NCBI GenBank assembly: GCA_030603365.1
Contig: JAUVXV010000002.1
Span: 64,001 to 128,000, forward strand
Direction: 5' to 3'
Source: Candidatus Heimdallarchaeota archaeon
Lineage (GTDB): Archaea > Asgardarchaeota > Heimdallarchaeia > Heimdallarchaeales > Heimdallarchaeaceae
DNA: 64,000 nt
In this document: positions 60,358-64,000 of the stretch, piece after piece
How the letters are laid out: each line of letters starts with the position of its first letter
How positions within the stretch are numbered: position 1 is the stretch's first letter
The notes under the pieces: generated by a model
The model's input: the letters and a program-made list of their open reading frames with translations, nothing else
The model's database searches: none
Told to the model about the DNA's origin: nothing
Translations under genes and position numbers: made by a program

Positions 60358-60459
60358 ATAGTTTGTGTGATAAATTTGTCTCTGAATCCTTTGCAAAAAT
60401 TTCTTCTAATCCAACATAGTGTTGGATGTAGTTTTTTTAGAAAAAGAAAAGGACAGAGT

Positions 60460-60834
60460 CTAGATCAACTCTCTAGACACCATAGTGATTACTTCTTTTG
60501 CTTCTTCTGAAAGAAGTTTCTTTTTTGGTGTTAATGCAGCAAGCAACAAATCATTGAGTATATTTTCTCTATTTTTGTTTACTACTTCTAGAAGCGTTAA
60601 ATCATCAACTTGAGTCTTATCTTTGTAAAGTTTAACTATCTCTTCAACCAAGTCATTAGTTGTTGATTGCATTGCTTTAATAATTCTTTTTTCTGAAGCT
60701 GTAACTTTCCCATCTCTCACACAATAGGTTTTCACTGCTTCAACCATTTGATCAAGTGCAGATCTTAATTCCGCTTCCTCAGTTTCTGTTAAAATGTCTT
60801 CTAATATTTCCACGTCTTCGACCACAAATACCAC
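60460..60834 (-). CDS. Hypothetical helical protein (weak TerB-like DG.V...E motif)
   Basis: RDGKVTASEKRII; otherwise unassigned. Confidence 0.5.
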   Translation of the reverse strand: MVFVVEDVEILEDILTETEEAELRSALDQMVEAVKTYCVRDGKVTASEKRIIKAMQSTTNDLVEEIVKLYKDKTQVDDLTLLEVVNKNRENILNDLLLAALTPKKKLLSEEAKEVITMVSRELI

Positions 60835-60908
60835 CCCTAACCAGCAAAGTGATTAATAATATTTAAGCAAGTAATTCTTTGCTTTTCATTACTTTTAAAT
60901 GTTATCTA

Positions 60909-61919
60909 TCATTTTTCTGAAGTGGAAAGACGGATATCAGAATAGTCTCCAACTTTTAGTGAATGGGCTTTCATTCCCTGAACTTTGCTATTTGTACCTA
61001 TAACAGAGTCGGAAATAATTGAATCCTTGAGAATTGACTTCTCTAGAATAACAGAATTCTTGATTTCACTATTCTCTACGTGTACTCCTTCTTCTATCAT
61101 AACATAAGGACCTATAACTGAATCAGTAATTTTAGTTCCCTTTGCAACAAAGACTGGAGGGATAATTTCTGTATTGATAACTTCTCCTAAAACAGCATGG
61201 GTTTGATCATTAAGGTAATGTTTATTCACAGCAAGCAGATCCTCAGGAAAACCTATATCTAGACGCCATCCAGAGATCAGACTTGCTTTGACAGAATATC
61301 CTTGATCAATTAGAGCTTGTATTGCATCTGTCAATTCATATTCTCCTCTGAAAGATGGTTTTAAATCCGCAAACATATTGAAAATTACTGGTGAGAACAC
61401 ATAGAATCCTGTAATCACATAGTTGCTCTTAGGATTCTGAGGTTTTTCCTCAAGAGATAAAACTTTATCTCCTTCTAGTTCCACTACGCCATACCTCTGA
61501 GGATTTTCATTTTCTTCTAGATGTAGAGTTGCAGAAGCTTTAGTTTCTAGATGTAAATCAATTACTTTTTTCAGATCAGTGGAGAACAGATTATCACCTA
61601 AAAAGACCACAAAATCTCCAGTGATATAATCTTTAACAAGATTTACAGCTGTTGCTAAACCTTTGATTTGAGTCGAATTTTGAATCACATAGGTTATTTT
61701 TACCCCAAGTTCTTCTCCGTTTTTGAAGTAGTTCATGATTGATTCTCTTTCATATCCTACTACCATGATTATATCTGTAATATTCAATACATCTCTTAGA
61801 TACTCCAAAGAGTGATGCAAAATTGGCTTTCCTGCTACTGGAAGCATATGTTTAGGTCTGAAACTGGTTAAAGGGAGAAGTCTTCTTCCATGTCCAGCTG
61901 CTAAGATAACTCCTTTCAT
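60909..61919 (-). CDS. Sugar-1-phosphate nucleotidyltransferase (long-form glucose-1-phosphate thymidylyltransferase-like)
   Basis: GVILAAGHGRRLLPLT..RPK, LGDN, EEKP, RGEYELTDA, C-terminal left-handed beta-helix. Confidence 0.9.
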   Translation of the reverse strand: MKGVILAAGHGRRLLPLTSFRPKHMLPVAGKPILHHSLEYLRDVLNITDIIMVVGYERESIMNYFKNGEELGVKITYVIQNSTQIKGLATAVNLVKDYITGDFVVFLGDNLFSTDLKKVIDLHLETKASATLHLEENENPQRYGVVELEGDKVLSLEEKPQNPKSNYVITGFYVFSPVIFNMFADLKPSFRGEYELTDAIQALIDQGYSVKASLISGWRLDIGFPEDLLAVNKHYLNDQTHAVLGEVINTEIIPPVFVAKGTKITDSVIGPYVMIEEGVHVENSEIKNSVILEKSILKDSIISDSVIGTNSKVQGMKAHSLKVGDYSDIRLSTSEK

Positions 61920-62459
61920 AATTACACCTTATGTCTTATCGAACCTATTTTTCGAATTTGAATTCATAACAAATTAAGTTTTTCTAAAGTTATCTGTTAT
62001 TGTAAACTATAAAAGAATTCTCTTATGAATAAAACTTATTCCTAGATAAAGAGAGGTAGTTTGAATGATCGACTGGATTTTACTATATAAAATCTGATTA
62101 TCATAAAATAGCAGAGCACTTATAGGTTCCTTAGGTTATCTTCTATATGACATTACAACAAAAATTATAGTCCAAAAATTTAAATTTACATTTAACAATA
62201 TAATTATATAAATTCCATTTATTAAAAAGTTTATATAAACTGTGTTTTTTTCCTTTGTAATCCATATTTTTAAAATTACAAAATTTTGGAAGTATAAGCT
62301 TATATATAGGACAATATAGTGTTTAAACAGGTTAAAATCTAGTTATAACTTGGGATTATGCATTCTTGTCAAAGGTTATTAATGGGGAACTAAAATATTT
62401 ATCATAATTTTTGAAAAAGATTGAAAGGTTCAGTTATAGCGTTGATTGAGGAAGAGAAA

Positions 62460-63167
62460 ATGAAAGAAAAAGAATCGGAAGGGAAACTTGCAATATTAAT
62501 TCCAACTTTAAATGAAGAACAAGCAATTGGAAAACTTGTAGCAAAATGTACAGATGTTACTGAAAAAGTATATTTGATTGATGGTCTTTCAACCGATAAA
62601 ACTATAGAGAATGCAAAGAAAGTTGGAGCAAAGATATTGCTTTGTGAAGAGAAAGGCAAAGGAATCGCATTAATTAAAGGATTTAAGAGCATTTTGGAAG
62701 ACAATAATGTTGATTTTATTGCTTATATTGACGGCGATAACACATATGATCCATCAGATATTAATCACATCTATCGACGGATGAAAAAAGAATCCCAATA
62801 TGATTTGATGATTGGGAATAGATTTCCAAAAAGAGAGAAGGGTACAATTACAAGACTTAATATGTTGGGAAATAAGGTTTTTTCAAAGCTAATAAGTATT
62901 TTAGTTAAACAAAAAATTGTAGATAGTCAATCAGGATTACGAATAATGTCCAAGGATGTCGCAGATTTTCTAGTAAAAACATTAAAATCTAGAAACTTTG
63001 AAATCGAAACAGAAATGATTGTGAAAGCTGCAAAAGTAGGATACAAAATAGGAGAAACCCCTATAAATTACTATAAAAGAGATGGAGATACTAAATTAGA
63101 TCCATTAATTGACGGATTTCGAATATTGAAAACAATTTTCAAATCTGCAGTTAACAGGAAATCGTGA
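62460..63167 (+). CDS. GT2 glycosyltransferase (DPM1-like); start likely MKEKESEG
   Basis: IPTLNEE, DGLSTD, GKG, DGDNTY, DSQSG, FEIETE. Confidence 0.88.
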   Translation: MKEKESEGKLAILIPTLNEEQAIGKLVAKCTDVTEKVYLIDGLSTDKTIENAKKVGAKILLCEEKGKGIALIKGFKSILEDNNVDFIAYIDGDNTYDPSDINHIYRRMKKESQYDLMIGNRFPKREKGTITRLNMLGNKVFSKLISILVKQKIVDSQSGLRIMSKDVADFLVKTLKSRNFEIETEMIVKAAKVGYKIGETPINYYKRDGDTKLDPLIDGFRILKTIFKSAVNRKS

Positions 63168-63190
63168 ATGCTATATCTCGATGCTTTAAA

Positions 63191-63997
63191 CTAATTTACT
63201 CTTGTTGATTCGATTAAGGGAATTTCAGTTATTTCTTTTTTTGACTGAAAAAAGATCATATAATTAGCATATAATAGACTTAATACAATTTGAATATAAC
63301 CATAAATACTATTTCTAACAATTGGAATCAATAATACAACAATAATAACTGATGGTAAAACTATGTAAAGAATTACTGAATTGATACGAATAGCTAATAA
63401 GATAATTGATAAAGAAAAACTGAATACTGAAAATATTATTAATACAGGAAAAACGAAAGAGAAATAGAAATAAAAAGGATAAAGCAAAAAACCAATAAAA
63501 ATCTGTTTCTGATTAAAAAGAAGAATTTTGAATCCCCATATAGTTCTTAATAAATTAACTGCCCTTATCTTCTTCTGATCAAATCTTTCCTTTACTTTTG
63601 TAGGAAAATGCTCAAAATAATAAACTTGTTTAGAGAAATGCACTTTAAAACCTTTTTTTATTATCCATAGCGATGATTCATTATCATAACAGCCATTAAT
63701 ATTTTTTAAATCTGAAATCAAATTTCTCCGCAAAATAACTAATTCACCTTTTACTATAAATGTTGATCCAATGTTTGTTTCTTTCATTCTTAATAAATCA
63801 AAAAAACTTTGGTAAAAAATCTCCATTTTTGAACTTCTTTTCTCTGGATTTAAAATTTTACATGATCCTGAGATTGAGCCCACATCTTGATTTTTTGTAA
63901 AAATATCAATAGCTGATTTGATTGCTGTTTCGCCAATAAGAGAATGAGAATCTGTTAGAACCACATATTCAGATTTTGCATTTTCTACTCCTAGCAT
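63191..63997 (-). CDS. GT2 glycosyltransferase with C-terminal TMs, 5'-truncated by the window end
   Basis: VVLTDSH, GELVILRR, QKKIRA (QxxRW-like), hydrophobic C-terminus. Confidence 0.75.
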   Translation of the reverse strand: MLGVENAKSEYVVLTDSHSLIGETAIKSAIDIFTKNQDVGSISGSCKILNPEKRSSKMEIFYQSFFDLLRMKETNIGSTFIVKGELVILRRNLISDLKNINGCYDNESSLWIIKKGFKVHFSKQVYYFEHFPTKVKERFDQKKIRAVNLLRTIWGFKILLFNQKQIFIGFLLYPFYFYFSFVFPVLIIFSVFSFSLSIILLAIRINSVILYIVLPSVIIVVLLIPIVRNSIYGYIQIVLSLLYANYMIFFQSKKEITEIPLIESTRVN

Positions 63998-64000
63998 TAT

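Overview
AT-rich archaeal chromosomal segment. It is most likely Asgard (Heimdallarchaeia-like), inferred from TATA-box promoters, a RadA-type recombinase, a histone-fold gene and many surface proteins with a C-terminal TM and basic tail. I saw no rRNA, tRNA or CRISPR array. Region 1-24 kb is accessory: a direct-repeat-flanked racemase plus Ddl-like ligase pair, parallel beta-helix surface proteins, a wHTH regulator with palindromic operators, HD protein, flavoproteins, PAS kinase, dehydratase/activase trio, a secreted clan-CD-like peptidase with a candidate antisense hairpin, a decayed tnpB and an MFS transporter. The best candidate for an undescribed system is 25.1-43.6 kb, a co-oriented nine-gene cluster with related promoters. 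It encodes a beta-rich surface protein, two membrane proteins, a RadB-like ATPase, a PD-(D/E)xK-like protein, a degenerate HerA/VirB4-like ATPase, a Hel308/Ski2-like helicase with a SWIM finger, a divergent RadA and a 2115-aa Ig-repeat adhesin. I interpret it as a putative cell-contact DNA transfer and recombination module. Downstream are porA/porB, four tandem 4-TM paralogs, a face-to-face-type histone, sfsA, five apparently circularly permuted family-5 solute-binding proteins without a transporter, and the edge of a glycosylation locus. All family calls come from motif reading only; no searches were run.
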